Positions 39,852 to 51,300 of a stretch of 64,000 nucleotides of DNA are shown in pieces. The notes under the pieces are model-generated. The model made no database searches and was not told the origin of the DNA. It was given only the letters and a program-made list of their open reading frames with translations. Position 1 is the first letter of the stretch. Each line of letters opens with the position of its first letter. The DNA comes from Alloprevotella sp. (GTDB taxonomy: Bacteria > Bacteroidota > Bacteroidia > Bacteroidales > Bacteroidaceae), in contig JAFSQD010000027.1 in NCBI GenBank assembly GCA_017446765.1, positions 2,772-66,771 of the forward strand. The letters are read 5' to 3'. The translations under genes and the position numbers were made by a program.

Positions 39852-40766
39852 ATGGAACAATTTCTTGAAGCCCGTCATATCGTAAAGCGATTCTCAAGCC
39901 ACACGGCTCTTGACGACGTGAGCATCTCGGTACCGCGAGGACGCGTATTTGGTCTCCTTGGTCCCAATGGTGCGGGCAAGACCACACTGATACGCATCAT
40001 CAACCGCATCACCGCACCCGACATGGGAGAAGTGTTCTTTGACGGACACATGTTTCGTCCTGAAGACGTTGCGCAGATAGGCTACCTGCCCGAGGAGCGT
40101 GGTCTCTACCGCAAGATGAGGGTGGGCGAACAAGCCATCTACCTGGCACGCCTCAAGGGCATGTCAGAACATGAGGCCAAGCGTAGGCTCATCATGTGGT
40201 TTGAGAAGTTTCAAATCACGGAATGGTGGGACAAGAAATTGGAGGAACTATCTAAAGGTATGCAGCAGAAAGTTCAGTTTATCATTACAGTCCTCCACAA
40301 GCCGCAGCTCCTCATCTTCGACGAGCCATTCTCGGGCTTCGACCCTGTAAATGCCGAACTGCTAAAGCGCGAAATCCTCACATTACGCGATGCTGGCCAC
40401 ACAGTCATCTATTCCACCCACAACATGGCTTCGGTTGAAGACGTATGCGACGAAATTGCCCTCATTAACCGTTCGCATGTTGTACTGACTGGGAATGTTC
40501 ACGAAGTTAAACAGCGCTTTCGTACTGGGCTTTATGAAGTAATCATCACTGACGGCGACATAAGTGACGAACCGGAAAAGTTTTGTATCGTGGAAGCCAG
40601 TGAGTGCGACGGACTGCGCCACTTTGTGCTGCAAAAAAATCCGACACTCTCAAATTCCGACCTTGCCAGCCTCATCGCTCGACATGCCGAAATCAGGAGT
40701 TTTGCCGAACAACTACCCTCCATGAACGACATATTCCTCCAGGTCGTAGGGGGAATACAAGAATAA
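39852..40766 (+). CDS. ABC transporter ATP-binding protein (NatA/YhaQ-like)
   Basis: GPNGAGKTT, GYLPEERGLY, LSKGMQQK, IFDEPFSG. -7 element TACCTTTG at 39808-39815. Confidence 0.92.
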   Translation: MEQFLEARHIVKRFSSHTALDDVSISVPRGRVFGLLGPNGAGKTTLIRIINRITAPDMGEVFFDGHMFRPEDVAQIGYLPEERGLYRKMRVGEQAIYLARLKGMSEHEAKRRLIMWFEKFQITEWWDKKLEELSKGMQQKVQFIITVLHKPQLLIFDEPFSGFDPVNAELLKREILTLRDAGHTVIYSTHNMASVEDVCDEIALINRSHVVLTGNVHEVKQRFRTGLYEVIITDGDISDEPEKFCIVEASECDGLRHFVLQKNPTLSNSDLASLIARHAEIRSFAEQLPSMNDIFLQVVGGIQE

Positions 40767-40782
40767 GCTTTTAAGTCACATC

Positions 40783-42099
40783 ATGTCCAAGACATTCATC
40801 ATCATCCAGCGGGAATTTCTCTTTCGCGTCAAAAAAAAGAGTTTCATTCTTCTGACCATCCTGATGCCTTTTATCATGGTGGCAATTGTTGCTCTACCGC
40901 TTTGGCTAAGTACCATCAAGGATTCTGAGCAGAAGCGCGTGGCTGTGGTAGACGCGACCGGTCACTATTTTGAAGCACTGAAGGACACGCGCTCCTATCA
41001 TTTCTTCACAGCGCCATCTGTCCTCCCCGAGTTTCGCAGCGACACTTGCGACGTCACTGCTGTAGTCTTGATACAGGATGACCTGACACGAAGCACGAGA
41101 GGACTCACCATGTATAGCCGTGAAGAAATCTCTCAGGAACTCCTCTCCTACGTCCAGACTTGCATTGACCAGCAGGTACGCAAGGACAAACTATCCGCCA
41201 GCGGAATCCACAACCTTGAGGGTATCATCGCCGACATTGAAGCTAACGTTACCATAAACACAGTTAAATGGGATGCCGATGGGGGCGAGACGAGCTCTAG
41301 TACGGACATAGCCATTGCGGCAGGCTTCATCCTCACCTTCCTCATCTACATGTTTGTCATGAGCTATGGAGGCATGGTCATGTCAAGCGTTACGGAGGAG
41401 AAGACAAATCGTATCATGGAACTGATGGTCAGTTCCGTCAAGCCATTCCAGCTGATGATGGGGAAAATCATTGGCGTAGCCCTTGTAGGTTTTGTGCAAT
41501 TGGCCATCTGGGGCATTATGCTTGCCCTCTTGATGGCCGTCGTGCTACCCATCATCATTCCTGAAGGTGCAGCCGCAGGGAACGTCGACCCCTCCATGAT
41601 GGCACAGATGAATACACCTGTAGACCCTGCGGTCTTCAATGGTGGAGATAACGAGATGTTGCAGGCCCTGCAAAACCTTCCCTACATGGAGTTGGCTATC
41701 ATGTTTGTGCTCATGTTCATTGGCGGCTATCTGCTCTATGCCAGTTTCTTTGCTGCTGTGGGAGCAAGCGTCAACTCGGCCGATGACACGTCACAGTTCA
41801 TGATGCCGATGGTCTTCATCATGATTTTCGGTCTCTATGCCGCCATGTATAGCATTGAAAACACCAATGGGCCCCTGGCCTTTTGGTCAAGTCTGTTTCC
41901 GCTGACCTCGCCCATTGTCATGATGGTGCGCATTCCCTTCGGCGTGCCTTTATGGCAAGAGGTTCTTTCGCTCGTGCTGCTCTACGGCACCGCAATCGCC
42001 TTCGTCTGGCTTGGCGGAAAAATCTATCGTGTCGGCATACTTATGTATGGAAAGAAACCCACGATAAAGGAGATGATGAAGTGGATAAGGTACAAATGA
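40783..42099 (+). CDS. ABC-2 type permease (NatB/YhaP-like)
   Basis: EEKTNRIMELMVSSVKPFQLMMGKIIG, GGYLLYAS, IYRVGILMYGKK. Confidence 0.9.
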   Translation: MSKTFIIIQREFLFRVKKKSFILLTILMPFIMVAIVALPLWLSTIKDSEQKRVAVVDATGHYFEALKDTRSYHFFTAPSVLPEFRSDTCDVTAVVLIQDDLTRSTRGLTMYSREEISQELLSYVQTCIDQQVRKDKLSASGIHNLEGIIADIEANVTINTVKWDADGGETSSSTDIAIAAGFILTFLIYMFVMSYGGMVMSSVTEEKTNRIMELMVSSVKPFQLMMGKIIGVALVGFVQLAIWGIMLALLMAVVLPIIIPEGAAAGNVDPSMMAQMNTPVDPAVFNGGDNEMLQALQNLPYMELAIMFVLMFIGGYLLYASFFAAVGASVNSADDTSQFMMPMVFIMIFGLYAAMYSIENTNGPLAFWSSLFPLTSPIVMMVRIPFGVPLWQEVLSLVLLYGTAIAFVWLGGKIYRVGILMYGKKPTIKEMMKWIRYK

Positions 42100-42123
42100 G
42101 ATAGGACTGGTTTACGATTCATA

Positions 42124-42924
42124 TCATTCTGCCTCATGCTCCACACGGTTTGTCAGCGCGATGAAATCTTCCACGCTGAGTTGTTCGGGACGGCGTGTTA
42201 GTTCGGGCGATGCGAACAAAGCAGAGAAGTCGGTTTCGGGAAAAGTTTGTGACAGCACGGGACGCAGACTGACGCGCAACATCTTGCGCCTTTGCTGGAA
42301 CGTTCCCTTCACGATACGCCGCAGTAGGCGTTCGTCACATCCGGCGTCTTGCCTTCCGTTGCGTCGCATACACACGACGGCACTCTGAACCTTGGGTGGA
42401 GGGTTGAACACCGTGGGCGGCACCTGAAAGAGCAGTTCCACGTCGTACCACATCTGTAGCAGCACCGAGAGAATGCCATAGGCCTTTGTACCCGGCCGTG
42501 CGGCAATGCGCTGCGCCATCTCCAATTGTATCATACCCGTACAGCATGGTATCAACGTACGGAAATCCAGCATCTTGAAGAATATCTGAGATGAGATGTC
42601 ATAGGGATAGTTTCCTGTCAGCACAAACTCACGCCCGTCAAACACTTTGCTCAAATCCATGCGCAAAAAGTCTGCACTGACGATGCGCTCCTCCAGCTCA
42701 GGCCAACGCGCTCTGAGGAAAGCCACACTCTCCCGGTCAATCTCCACCACCTTAACTTCTCGCGCCTTCGGCAGGAGATACTGTGTCATCACCCCCATAC
42801 CCGGCCCCACTTCCAGCACAGGCAGCTCGGGACATACATCCACGGTATCGGCAATGCGGCTGGCTGTAGGCAAATCGGTCAGGAAGTGCTGCCCCAAGTT
42901 CTTCTTTGGTCTGACAAGTTTCAT
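42124..42924 (-). CDS. rsmA: 16S rRNA m6,2A dimethyltransferase
   Basis: PKKNLGQHFL, LEVGPGMG, VEID, GNYPY, FNPPPKVQS, FQQRRKML. Confidence 0.95.
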   Translation of the reverse strand: MKLVRPKKNLGQHFLTDLPTASRIADTVDVCPELPVLEVGPGMGVMTQYLLPKAREVKVVEIDRESVAFLRARWPELEERIVSADFLRMDLSKVFDGREFVLTGNYPYDISSQIFFKMLDFRTLIPCCTGMIQLEMAQRIAARPGTKAYGILSVLLQMWYDVELLFQVPPTVFNPPPKVQSAVVCMRRNGRQDAGCDERLLRRIVKGTFQQRRKMLRVSLRPVLSQTFPETDFSALFASPELTRRPEQLSVEDFIALTNRVEHEAE

Positions 42925-43069
42925 ATTCTTCTTTCTGATTGATGGGCGCAAAGGTAGCGAAAAAACCTTGCATCTGGGGAAAAAGTGCTTTTTAGTGGTA
43001 GAAAATTCGCAGAAGTGGATTTTTTATTACCTTTGTGCCTTGAAACAAAAGATACAAGTATCATTGAGC

Positions 43070-44062
43070 ATGAAACGTGCGCTAAAGCTCATCCTTCCTT
43101 TCGTTCTGGCCATCGGCATCCTTTGGTGGATGTATCGAGGGACTGACTGGCTGGACTTTTTCTGCGTCATCAAGACGAAAATGCACTGGGGGTGGATGCT
43201 TTTCAGCCTTATCTTTGGAATGTTGGCTCAGCAAATTCGTGCCTGGCGTTGGCGACTGGCATTGGAACCCTTGGGTGAGCGTCCACGACGCAGTACGACC
43301 GAGGATGCCATCTTCCTGTCCTATGCCACGAGTCTCGTAGTTCCGCGTATTGGCGAGGTGATGCGTTGCGGAAGCCTGCAGCGCAGTGATGGTGTGCCCT
43401 TTGCCAAAAGTCTTGGCACGGTAGTGACTGAACGCATCGTGGACTCCCTGATGATTATCCTGCTGACAACATGCGCATTCTTGTCGCAGATTCCTGTCTT
43501 CACAAAGTTTCTGTCCACGACGGGCACCGACCTGCACAGCCTCCTTGCACGTTTCACGACAACAGGCTATGTCGTCACGGCACTCTGCCTTGCCATGGCC
43601 GTAGCTGGCGGCATATTCCTCGTGAGGCGCTATGTGCGACGCGGTGGCGACTTATTGTGCCAGCTACGCGACGGCATTCTCTCCCTGCGCCACGTACGCA
43701 GCCTTTGGCTGTACCTGCTCTACAGCATCCTCATTTGGGTAAGCTATTTCCTCCACTTCTACATAGCCTTTTTTTCCTTCGACTTCATGTCGGTGGTCAG
43801 TCCCCTTGACGCATTCCTTGTGTTCTGCGTCGGCAGTTTCGCTGTCCTCGTGCCCACGCCCAACGGTGCCGGCCCCTGGCATTTTGCCGTCAAGACCATG
43901 CTCGTCCTGCTCTATCCCGCATGCATCAGCGAGTCTCAGGCCATCCTTTTTGCACTTGTCGTCCACACCATTCAGACGGCTCTCGTTGTTCTCCTCGGCG
44001 CATGGGGATGGGCACATCTGATGAGAAGTAATCACCAAACGCCTAAAAGCCTAAACCACTAA
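43070..44062 (+). CDS. Lysylphosphatidylglycerol synthase TM-domain (flippase-like) protein
   Basis: Start reassigned to MKRALKL (promoter TACCTTTG at 43028-43035). RAWRW, PRIGEVMR, GTVVTERIVD, PTPNGAGPWH. Confidence 0.85.
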   Translation: MKRALKLILPFVLAIGILWWMYRGTDWLDFFCVIKTKMHWGWMLFSLIFGMLAQQIRAWRWRLALEPLGERPRRSTTEDAIFLSYATSLVVPRIGEVMRCGSLQRSDGVPFAKSLGTVVTERIVDSLMIILLTTCAFLSQIPVFTKFLSTTGTDLHSLLARFTTTGYVVTALCLAMAVAGGIFLVRRYVRRGGDLLCQLRDGILSLRHVRSLWLYLLYSILIWVSYFLHFYIAFFSFDFMSVVSPLDAFLVFCVGSFAVLVPTPNGAGPWHFAVKTMLVLLYPACISESQAILFALVVHTIQTALVVLLGAWGWAHLMRSNHQTPKSLNH

Positions 44063-44076
44063 AAGCATATCACGAT

Positions 44077-45537
44077 ATGAGCGAAATCAAGAATCTACAG
44101 CCGCAGGCCGTATGGAAGAACTTCGACCTGCTGACACAGGTGCCCCGTCCAAGCGGACACCTTGAGAAAGTTCAACAATTTCTCCTCGACTGGGCCTCAG
44201 AACACGGCATAGAGGCTCATAAGGATGAAGCTGGAAACATCCTCATGCACAAAGCCGCCACGCCTGGCTACGAAGACCGTAAAGTCATCACCCTGCAAGG
44301 CCACATGGACATGGTGCCCCAGAAAACGAAAGAAAGCACACACAATTTTGAGACCGACCCCATCGAGACATACATTGACGGAGAGTGGGTAAAGGCTCGC
44401 GACACGACGCTCGGAAGCGATGACGGTATGGCCGTTGCCACCATCATGGGCATCTTCGAGGACGACACAATCCCCCATGGTCCACTGGAAGGATTCATCA
44501 CCGCCGACGAGGAAACGACCATGTACGGAGTGGAACACATGGCAACCGACACGTTGAAAGGCGAAATTCTCCTAAACCTTGACAACGAGACCGAGGGAGA
44601 AATGGTAGTAGGTTCTGCTGGCGGAGTAAATCAGAACGCCGAACTCGAATACAAAGAACAACCCACGGACGAAGGCGACGCTGCCGTAAAGATAACCATA
44701 AAGGGACTCCTTGGTGGCCATAGCGGACTGGAAATCAACGAAGGACGCGCCAATGCCAACAAGCTCATGGGGCGTCTCGTCCAAGATGCCATTGCCAACT
44801 ATGAGGCATGCCTGTGTTCATGGGAAGGCGGCAACATGCGCAATGCCATCTGTAGCCATGCCGAGGTTGTGCTGACATTGCCCCGTGAGAACGTAGCAGC
44901 CCTCAAGGAGGATTGCATCGCCGATTGGAAGCACGTGTTCCGCGACGAATATTCCGTGGTCGAGAAAACGCTTGACGTTACCGTCGAAGACGCTGAACGC
45001 CCCAAGAGCCAGGTGCCGGCCGAGATTGCAGACAATCTGGTGAATGCCATCTGTGCCTGCCATAATGGTGTGATGCGCATGATCCCCGAGGTGCCCCACA
45101 TTGTGGAGACCAGTTCCAACCTTGGCATCGTCAGCATCGGTAGCGGAAGGGCCGAACTGACTGTTCTCGTGCGCTCCAGCCGCGACAGCATGCGTCAGTG
45201 CTGTGCCGAGACCCTTGAGAGTGCCTTCGCCATGGCAGGCATGAAGGTGACCTACGACCATGCCTATCCAGCCTGGCAGCCCAATCCTCAGAGCGAAATC
45301 GTCAGCCTCATGAGCAGCATCTATCGCGAACTCTACGCAACGGACGCCAAGGTCGAGGTCGTGCACGCCGGACTGGAATGCGGTGTGATCGGGGCAAAAT
45401 ATCCCCGTATGGATATGGTCAGCTTCGGTCCCACGCTGCGAAGCCCCCACACACCGAACGAGCGTTGCTTCATCCCCAGCGTAGACCGCTATTGGAAGTT
45501 TGTGCTTGAGACGCTTCGTCAGGCACCACGCAAATGA
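44077..45537 (+). CDS. pepD: Aminoacyl-histidine dipeptidase (M20C)
   Basis: VPRPS, LQGHMDMV, TTLGSDDG, DEET, GGHSG, HAGLECG, HTPNE. Confidence 0.93.
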   Translation: MSEIKNLQPQAVWKNFDLLTQVPRPSGHLEKVQQFLLDWASEHGIEAHKDEAGNILMHKAATPGYEDRKVITLQGHMDMVPQKTKESTHNFETDPIETYIDGEWVKARDTTLGSDDGMAVATIMGIFEDDTIPHGPLEGFITADEETTMYGVEHMATDTLKGEILLNLDNETEGEMVVGSAGGVNQNAELEYKEQPTDEGDAAVKITIKGLLGGHSGLEINEGRANANKLMGRLVQDAIANYEACLCSWEGGNMRNAICSHAEVVLTLPRENVAALKEDCIADWKHVFRDEYSVVEKTLDVTVEDAERPKSQVPAEIADNLVNAICACHNGVMRMIPEVPHIVETSSNLGIVSIGSGRAELTVLVRSSRDSMRQCCAETLESAFAMAGMKVTYDHAYPAWQPNPQSEIVSLMSSIYRELYATDAKVEVVHAGLECGVIGAKYPRMDMVSFGPTLRSPHTPNERCFIPSVDRYWKFVLETLRQAPRK

Positions 45538-45911
45538 ACCGGACTGAAAAAATCATCTTCGGTGCGGGCGCCCTATGCGCCTGCACCGCACTCTTTTTCC
45601 TCAACCCCACCCAGCACGATTTCATGCCACGGTGCTTGTGGAAGAGCATGATGGGCTACGACTGCCCGGGTTGCGGATTCCAACGCGCACTCCACGCTGC
45701 ACTCCACGGGCGTCTCCTTGAAGCTGCCCACTACAACCTCTTCCTCATCCTTGTCATACCCTATCTGATAGCCCTTATCGTGAGCGACTGGATCCTCACG
45801 GGAGAAAGAGCAGCGCGCTGGCAGCGCGTGACGCACAGCCAGTGGATGCTTTGGGGCTATGTCGTGCTCTATTTCCTATGGTGGGTCCTGCGCAACGTCA
45901 TGGGCATCTAG
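45534..45911 (+). CDS. DUF2752 family membrane protein
   Basis: PRC...GYDCPGCGFQRALHAALHG...HYN, C-terminal LRN. Confidence 0.88.
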   Translation: MNRTEKIIFGAGALCACTALFFLNPTQHDFMPRCLWKSMMGYDCPGCGFQRALHAALHGRLLEAAHYNLFLILVIPYLIALIVSDWILTGERAARWQRVTHSQWMLWGYVVLYFLWWVLRNVMGI

Positions 45912-45964
45912 ACACAGCCACCCCCCGAGGGAAATCCACTGACAAGAAAAAAGAAGTGCAACTA

Positions 45965-45996
45965 TTTGGTTCATTGATGAAGATTATATACTTTTG
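45965..45996 (+). promoter_or_regulatory. Consensus promoter for the dispanin gene
   Basis: TTTG at 45965-45968, 20-nt spacer, TACTTTTG at 45989-45996. Confidence 0.7.
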
Positions 45997-46035
45997 TCGC
46001 GAAAACAAACCTAAAACAACAAATCATAGTACGTC

Positions 46036-46644
46036 ATGAACAGTTATTATTACCTCGACGCTGCCAACCAGCAGCAAGGCCCGCTCGACGGCAACCTGCT
46101 CCCCTCAAAGGGCGTTACGGCTCAGACCCTCGTCTGGGCACAGGGCATGGCTGAATGGACGGCAGCAGGCCAGGTGGCAGAGCTTCAGCCGCTCTTTCAG
46201 GCAGCCCAACCCGCACAGCCGCAGTTTCAGCAGCCCGCACAGCCGCAGTACCAGCAGTACCAGCAGCCCGCACAGCCGCAGGTTCAGCAACCCGAGCAGC
46301 CGCAATACCAGCAAAACTACGGGCAGGCACAGTATCAGCAACACTACGCGCAGGCACAACAGCCTGGAGCACAAGGCTTCCAGCCTAAGCCCGACAACTA
46401 CCTCGTGTGGGCCATCCTCACGACCATCTGCTGCTGCTGGCCCCTCGGCATTGTGGCAATCGTCTATGCCGCCAAGGTCAACAACCTCTACATGACCGGA
46501 CAATACCAAGCCGCCCAGGAAGCTTCCGCCAACGCCAAGAAGTGGAGCATCATCACGGCCATCGGCGGTGCCGTCGTCGTCCTGCTCTACGTCATCTTCT
46601 ACGTCATCATGGGCGCAGCCATCGTCTCAGGTGCCCGCTGGTAG
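46036..46644 (+). CDS. GYF_2 (DUF4339) + CD225/dispanin protein
   Basis: YYY...QQGP...TLVWAQGMAEW (GYF_2), Q/P-rich linker, PDNYLVWAILTTICCCWPLGIVAIVYAAKV...ASANAKKW (CD225). Confidence 0.9.
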   Translation: MNSYYYLDAANQQQGPLDGNLLPSKGVTAQTLVWAQGMAEWTAAGQVAELQPLFQAAQPAQPQFQQPAQPQYQQYQQPAQPQVQQPEQPQYQQNYGQAQYQQHYAQAQQPGAQGFQPKPDNYLVWAILTTICCCWPLGIVAIVYAAKVNNLYMTGQYQAAQEASANAKKWSIITAIGGAVVVLLYVIFYVIMGAAIVSGARW

Positions 46645-46663
46645 TGCAGCTGCCCATAGCAAT

Positions 46664-48142
46664 GTGACAACCATACTCTTGGCCACGATTGTGGTCTACT
46701 TCGCCACACTTTGCGTCATTGCCTTTCGTTCCCGGGGAGCGGCAGACAATGACGCCTTCTTTCGTGCCGGGCGCCGTGCGCCGTGGACGATGGTGGCGCT
46801 CGGCATGGTGGGCGCCAGCGTGAGCGGCGTTTCCCTCGTCAGCGTTCCCGGATGGGTGGGCACCACGCAGATGACCTACCTGCAGATGTGCATGGGGTTC
46901 GTGCCCGGATATTTTGCCGTCGCCTTCCTCCTGCTCCCCCTCTACTACCGCCTGCGCCTCACGAGCATCTACGGGTATCTCGGAAAACGCTTCGGGCCGC
47001 ACACCCACCGCACGGGCGCCCTCTTCTTCCTGCTTTCAAAACTCACGGGAGCCGCCGCGCGCCTCTATCTTGCAATCGTCGTGTTGGCGCAATTCCTCCC
47101 CCAAGGCCACCTCACCATCGCCCTCACAAGCCTCCTGGTGCTATTGCTCATTTATATTTATACGCGCGCGGGAGGCCTGAGCTCCATCGTGCGCACGGAT
47201 GTCGTACAGACCGTCTGCCTGCTGCTCGCCGTCGGCGGCATCGTGTGGGGCACGGCCTCCCACCTCGGCTTGAGCGCCCAGGGCACATGGGACGCGATAC
47301 GCCACAGCCCGCTGTGCCGCGTCTTTGAGTGGGACTGGGCAAGCCGGCAAAATTTCTGGAGGCAGTTTCTGAGCGGTTTCTTCATCGTTGTCGTCATGAC
47401 GGGTCTCGACCAGGACATGATGCAGAAAAACCTCTCCTGCCGCACCCTCCGCGAAGCGCAGAAAAACATGTGCTGCTACGGGCTGGCCTTTCTCCCCGTC
47501 AATGCCCTCCTGCTGGGCCTGGGCGTCCTGCTGTACACGCTTTGCGCGCAGGAAGGCATCGCGCTGCCCGCCACGACAGACCGGCTCCTCCCCACGCTCG
47601 TGGCAGGCGGCGCGCTGGGCACGTGGGTGGTCGTGCCCTTCGCCGTCGGCATCGTGGCCGCCGCCTTCTCCTCCGCCGACTCCGCCCTCACGTCGCTGAC
47701 CACAAGTTTCTGCGTCGACCTCCTCGGCGTAGAGCGGCGCGGCCTTTCTTCCGACACGCGCGAACGCCTGCGCCGCCGCGTCCACGTGGCGATGTGTGCC
47801 GCCTTCTTCCTTTGCATGACGGCCATCGGAGCCGCGGGGACCGGCAACATGCTCGACACCATCTACCGCATGGCCTCCTACACCTACGGGCCCCTGATCG
47901 GCCTATTCGCCTTCGGCATGCTGACGCGTCGCGGCGTGCGCGACCGCTACGTCCCCGCCGTTTGCCTCGCCGTCCCCCTGCTCTGTGCACTCCTCGACTA
48001 CGCAGCCCCGCGCCTTTGGGGCCTCTCCCTCGGCTACGAACTCCTCCTGCTCAGCGGCGTGCTGACAGCCATAGGCCTCTGCCCCCTGTCTGCCCGCCGG
48101 CGTATACGTGGTGGACGGAAAACGGGTCGTGAAATGATCTGA
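46664..48142 (+). CDS. Sodium:solute symporter family protein
   Basis: NDAFFRAGR, GASVSGVSLVSVPG, SIYGYL, TGLDQDMMQKNLSC, FSSADSALTSL. GTG start at 46664 inferred. Confidence 0.88.
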   Translation: MTTILLATIVVYFATLCVIAFRSRGAADNDAFFRAGRRAPWTMVALGMVGASVSGVSLVSVPGWVGTTQMTYLQMCMGFVPGYFAVAFLLLPLYYRLRLTSIYGYLGKRFGPHTHRTGALFFLLSKLTGAAARLYLAIVVLAQFLPQGHLTIALTSLLVLLLIYIYTRAGGLSSIVRTDVVQTVCLLLAVGGIVWGTASHLGLSAQGTWDAIRHSPLCRVFEWDWASRQNFWRQFLSGFFIVVVMTGLDQDMMQKNLSCRTLREAQKNMCCYGLAFLPVNALLLGLGVLLYTLCAQEGIALPATTDRLLPTLVAGGALGTWVVVPFAVGIVAAAFSSADSALTSLTTSFCVDLLGVERRGLSSDTRERLRRRVHVAMCAAFFLCMTAIGAAGTGNMLDTIYRMASYTYGPLIGLFAFGMLTRRGVRDRYVPAVCLAVPLLCALLDYAAPRLWGLSLGYELLLLSGVLTAIGLCPLSARRRIRGGRKTGREMI

Positions 48143-48186
48143 GCCCTGTTTTCTGCACTCGAGCTCCACATTACTCCCCCTCTTCA

Positions 48187-48232
48187 GTCCCCCTCATCGC
48201 CTTAAGCGAAGAAGGGGGGCTTCTTTGTTTTT
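48187..48232 (+). terminator. Probable intrinsic terminator
   Basis: Imperfect stem GTCCCCCT...AGGGGGGC followed by a T-rich tail. Confidence 0.5.
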
Positions 48233-48396
48233 ATCTGCCGTCGCACGCCGAGGGGTGGCGGGATGCGAGCGTTTTTTTAGGCGACAAGCAAAATAAAATG
48301 CGGGACTGGGCGTGCTTCTCGGAAAAAACTCCTACTTTTGCAAATGCAATACACGCTGATGCGACTTTTTTTTAACCCTACAATAAAATAATCAAG

Positions 48397-51300
48397 ATGA
48401 CAAGCATGAGATTCAAATCGGTTTTCGGAAGCATTGTGATGATGCTCCTGGGCTGTGTCGGCGCACAGGCTGCCGACGGCGACAAGTGGCAAGAGACGCA
48501 GCAGGGCCGGAAGTTCTGGTTTCGCGTGGTGAGCGAGCGCGATGCCACGGTGGCCTACAGCACGACGGGCAAGGACATGCCACAGACTGAAGATTTCAAC
48601 TACCTGGGCGGCAGGGTGGCTCACAACGGCAAGACCTACACGGCTGTGGCTGTGGACGAAAACGCGTTCCGCGGAAACGTGAAACTGTCGGCGGTGCGCT
48701 TCGACGTCACGGTCGCGAGCATTGGTGCCACGGCTTTCTACAACTGCCCGATGTTGGAGAAGGTGGTGCTGCCCGACCATCTGGCGAGCATCGGCGAAAA
48801 TGCCTTTGCGGGGTGTGTCAGGCTGGGCAACTTCGAGCTGCCGGCCTCGGTGTCGTCGATAGGCGATGGGGCCTTCACGCTCTGCAGCAGCATCACGGCC
48901 TTTGAGGTGGCGGCGGACAACAAAACCTTCGTCGCGCGCGACGGCGTGCTCTACCGTGGTACGAAACTACTGCAATATCCCTTGGCCAAGAGCGTCGCCC
49001 GGTACGCCATCCCCTACGGCACGACTGCCATTGGGGCTGAAGCGTTCTACGGGTCGACAAAACTGGAGGAGCTGCACGTGCCAGGCACGGTGAGAGCCGT
49101 GGGAGACTTCTTCGCAGCGAAGTGCAAGGTCCTGACCGACGTGTACCTGCACTGGAACCTGGAGACGATGCCCAAGACGCTGTATCAGAACTTCTCGCGC
49201 TGGGATGGCGACGACAGCCTGCTCACGCTGCATGTTCCCGTGGGATGGTCCTATCTCTACACCGGAGCGCAGTTCAGCAACTTCGGGAAGGTGGTGGAAT
49301 GGGATGCCGAACTGCCCGACGAATGGTGTGGGCAGAAGGTGAAATACAGCGAGTATGCCCACATCACGCGTAATGTCGGCAAGGGGCGCGTGACCTACGA
49401 CCCCGACACACGTACCTTCCACCTCGACGGGGCGAAAGTGGAATACGGGGAAAAGGGCAAGAGCATCATTGCCTTCCACGACGAGGATGTCATCGACTGC
49501 AATGGCAGCATCGGCGTGACGGGTACGAACAGTCTCGCGGTGGGAGTGAAGGACGGCACCAGCCTGCAGAGCATGTCGGCACTGGACCTCACGGGCACGG
49601 TCACGGTATTCTCTGAAAACGACAAGGACACCAGCCATCCGCGCTTGGACATCAACGTGAACGAGGACTACGGCATGTGCATCAAAATGCATGCCAAGAG
49701 TGAGCTGGAGTGGAGGGACGTGGATTTCGCCTTCACATGCCGAGCCTACCACACGAAGGAATACAACCCGCATGCCATCGCATACGCTGCCTCCACCGAA
49801 AGTGCTGCGGAAGGCACCTTCAGCGTATTGGTGGAAGGCTGCAGCGGCACGATGGATGCCCCGTATTCGGTGATGGATGGGCTGAAATCGTTCCACACCG
49901 ACGCACAGGTGGTGCAGCCCGAAGGGGGCGTTGAGGTGAGCGGAAGAGAACACGGCCAACTCGTCCAGAAAGGCACATCCGCAGCCGTCAAACACTTGGA
50001 ACTGCTGTTCAACAATGGCCAGCCCACTTTCGACAAGAAGATTCTGACGAGGGGCGAGCAGACCCTGCCAAACAGCACGGGCACGATCGTGTGGGATCCC
50101 GACAGGAATGTCCTGACGATGAAGAGCCTGAATGCAAAGGGCGACTACGGCTTCTTCTTCCCCGAAAACACAAGCATCGTCGTGGAGGGTGCCTGCAAGC
50201 TGACATCCACCCGCAATGCATTCACGAGCCCCGAGGAAATCATCGCCACCGGCAAAGGCTCGCTCGAAATCAATTCCGGCGCTAACGGCTTCCAGGTAAG
50301 CTCCCTTGAACTTCAAGAAGGCAGCTACACCATCACGGCATTGGGAAATGCCATCTGCGGCTACTCGGAAAAGGACAAGGGATGGGCTGCCATCGAAACA
50401 GAAACCACCTTGAAGAACGTCATGGGCAAGAATTCAAATACGCCTGTGGTGGCGAACATGCGCTTCGTCACGGACAACAGTTCGGCGGCTTCCATCATCA
50501 CCAACAACCCCGAAAATCAATACTACATACAGGAAGCTTACTACTTCGACGACGAGCAGGGCACACTGGTCGCCGCGCTCGACGGCCAGCCTGTGAAGGA
50601 TGAAGTCCACTACAAGAAGGGCACTACACTGGGCTACGAGCGCTATCCGCTCAGCGTGGCGGGTATTCCCGTGTCAAATCTCAATGGGTTCCACATCACG
50701 AAGGGCGTCACATATCTCAACGCTGACAAGCTCTTGATGCTTAACAACTGTAACATCGAGATTCCCACCCAGCTGAGCAACGCGCGCGGTATTTTCGTAG
50801 AACCAAACTTCGGCGAACGGTTACGCATCTGGGTTAAAGGGGATTGCCACATTGGCTACAGCGGCACCGCTTCCAACCACCAGTCCATCTACATCAACGG
50901 ACAGACCCACGTCATCCTTTCGGGTGTGAGTGACAACGTCACGTTGGGCGGCACGGTAGTAGAACAATACGACAAGCTCACGCTCGACAACGACCGCGAA
51001 AAGACCTTGTCCATCGCCCTCGTCAATGGTGCCAGGCTCGACATTGAAAACTTGAACGTGGAAGCCACCGCACCCGTCAGCGATCTTTCCGACAACTGCA
51101 TGCTCATACTCTACCATGCCGACCTCTCAGTCATGCCGCGCTCTGGCGGATATGCGCCCTTGTACGTGAAAAAGTTTCAGAGCTTCTATGCCAATCCCAA
51201 GAACAAGAATCTGAAGTTTGACGAGGAGAAAGGCATTTTCGTGGACACCACCAACCCTTCGGCTCGCTTTAGCGCATACCTCGAAATCAACCGCCGTCAT

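Noticed and set aside
42647-43069. N-terminal extension of the flippase-like ORF
   Set aside because: Overlaps rsmA antisense and the divergent promoter region; true start is most likely 43070.
29700-44000. Apparent lower GC3 block suggesting horizontal transfer
   Set aside because: Content is core cell-shape and housekeeping genes in normal order; the impression is by eye and was not quantified.
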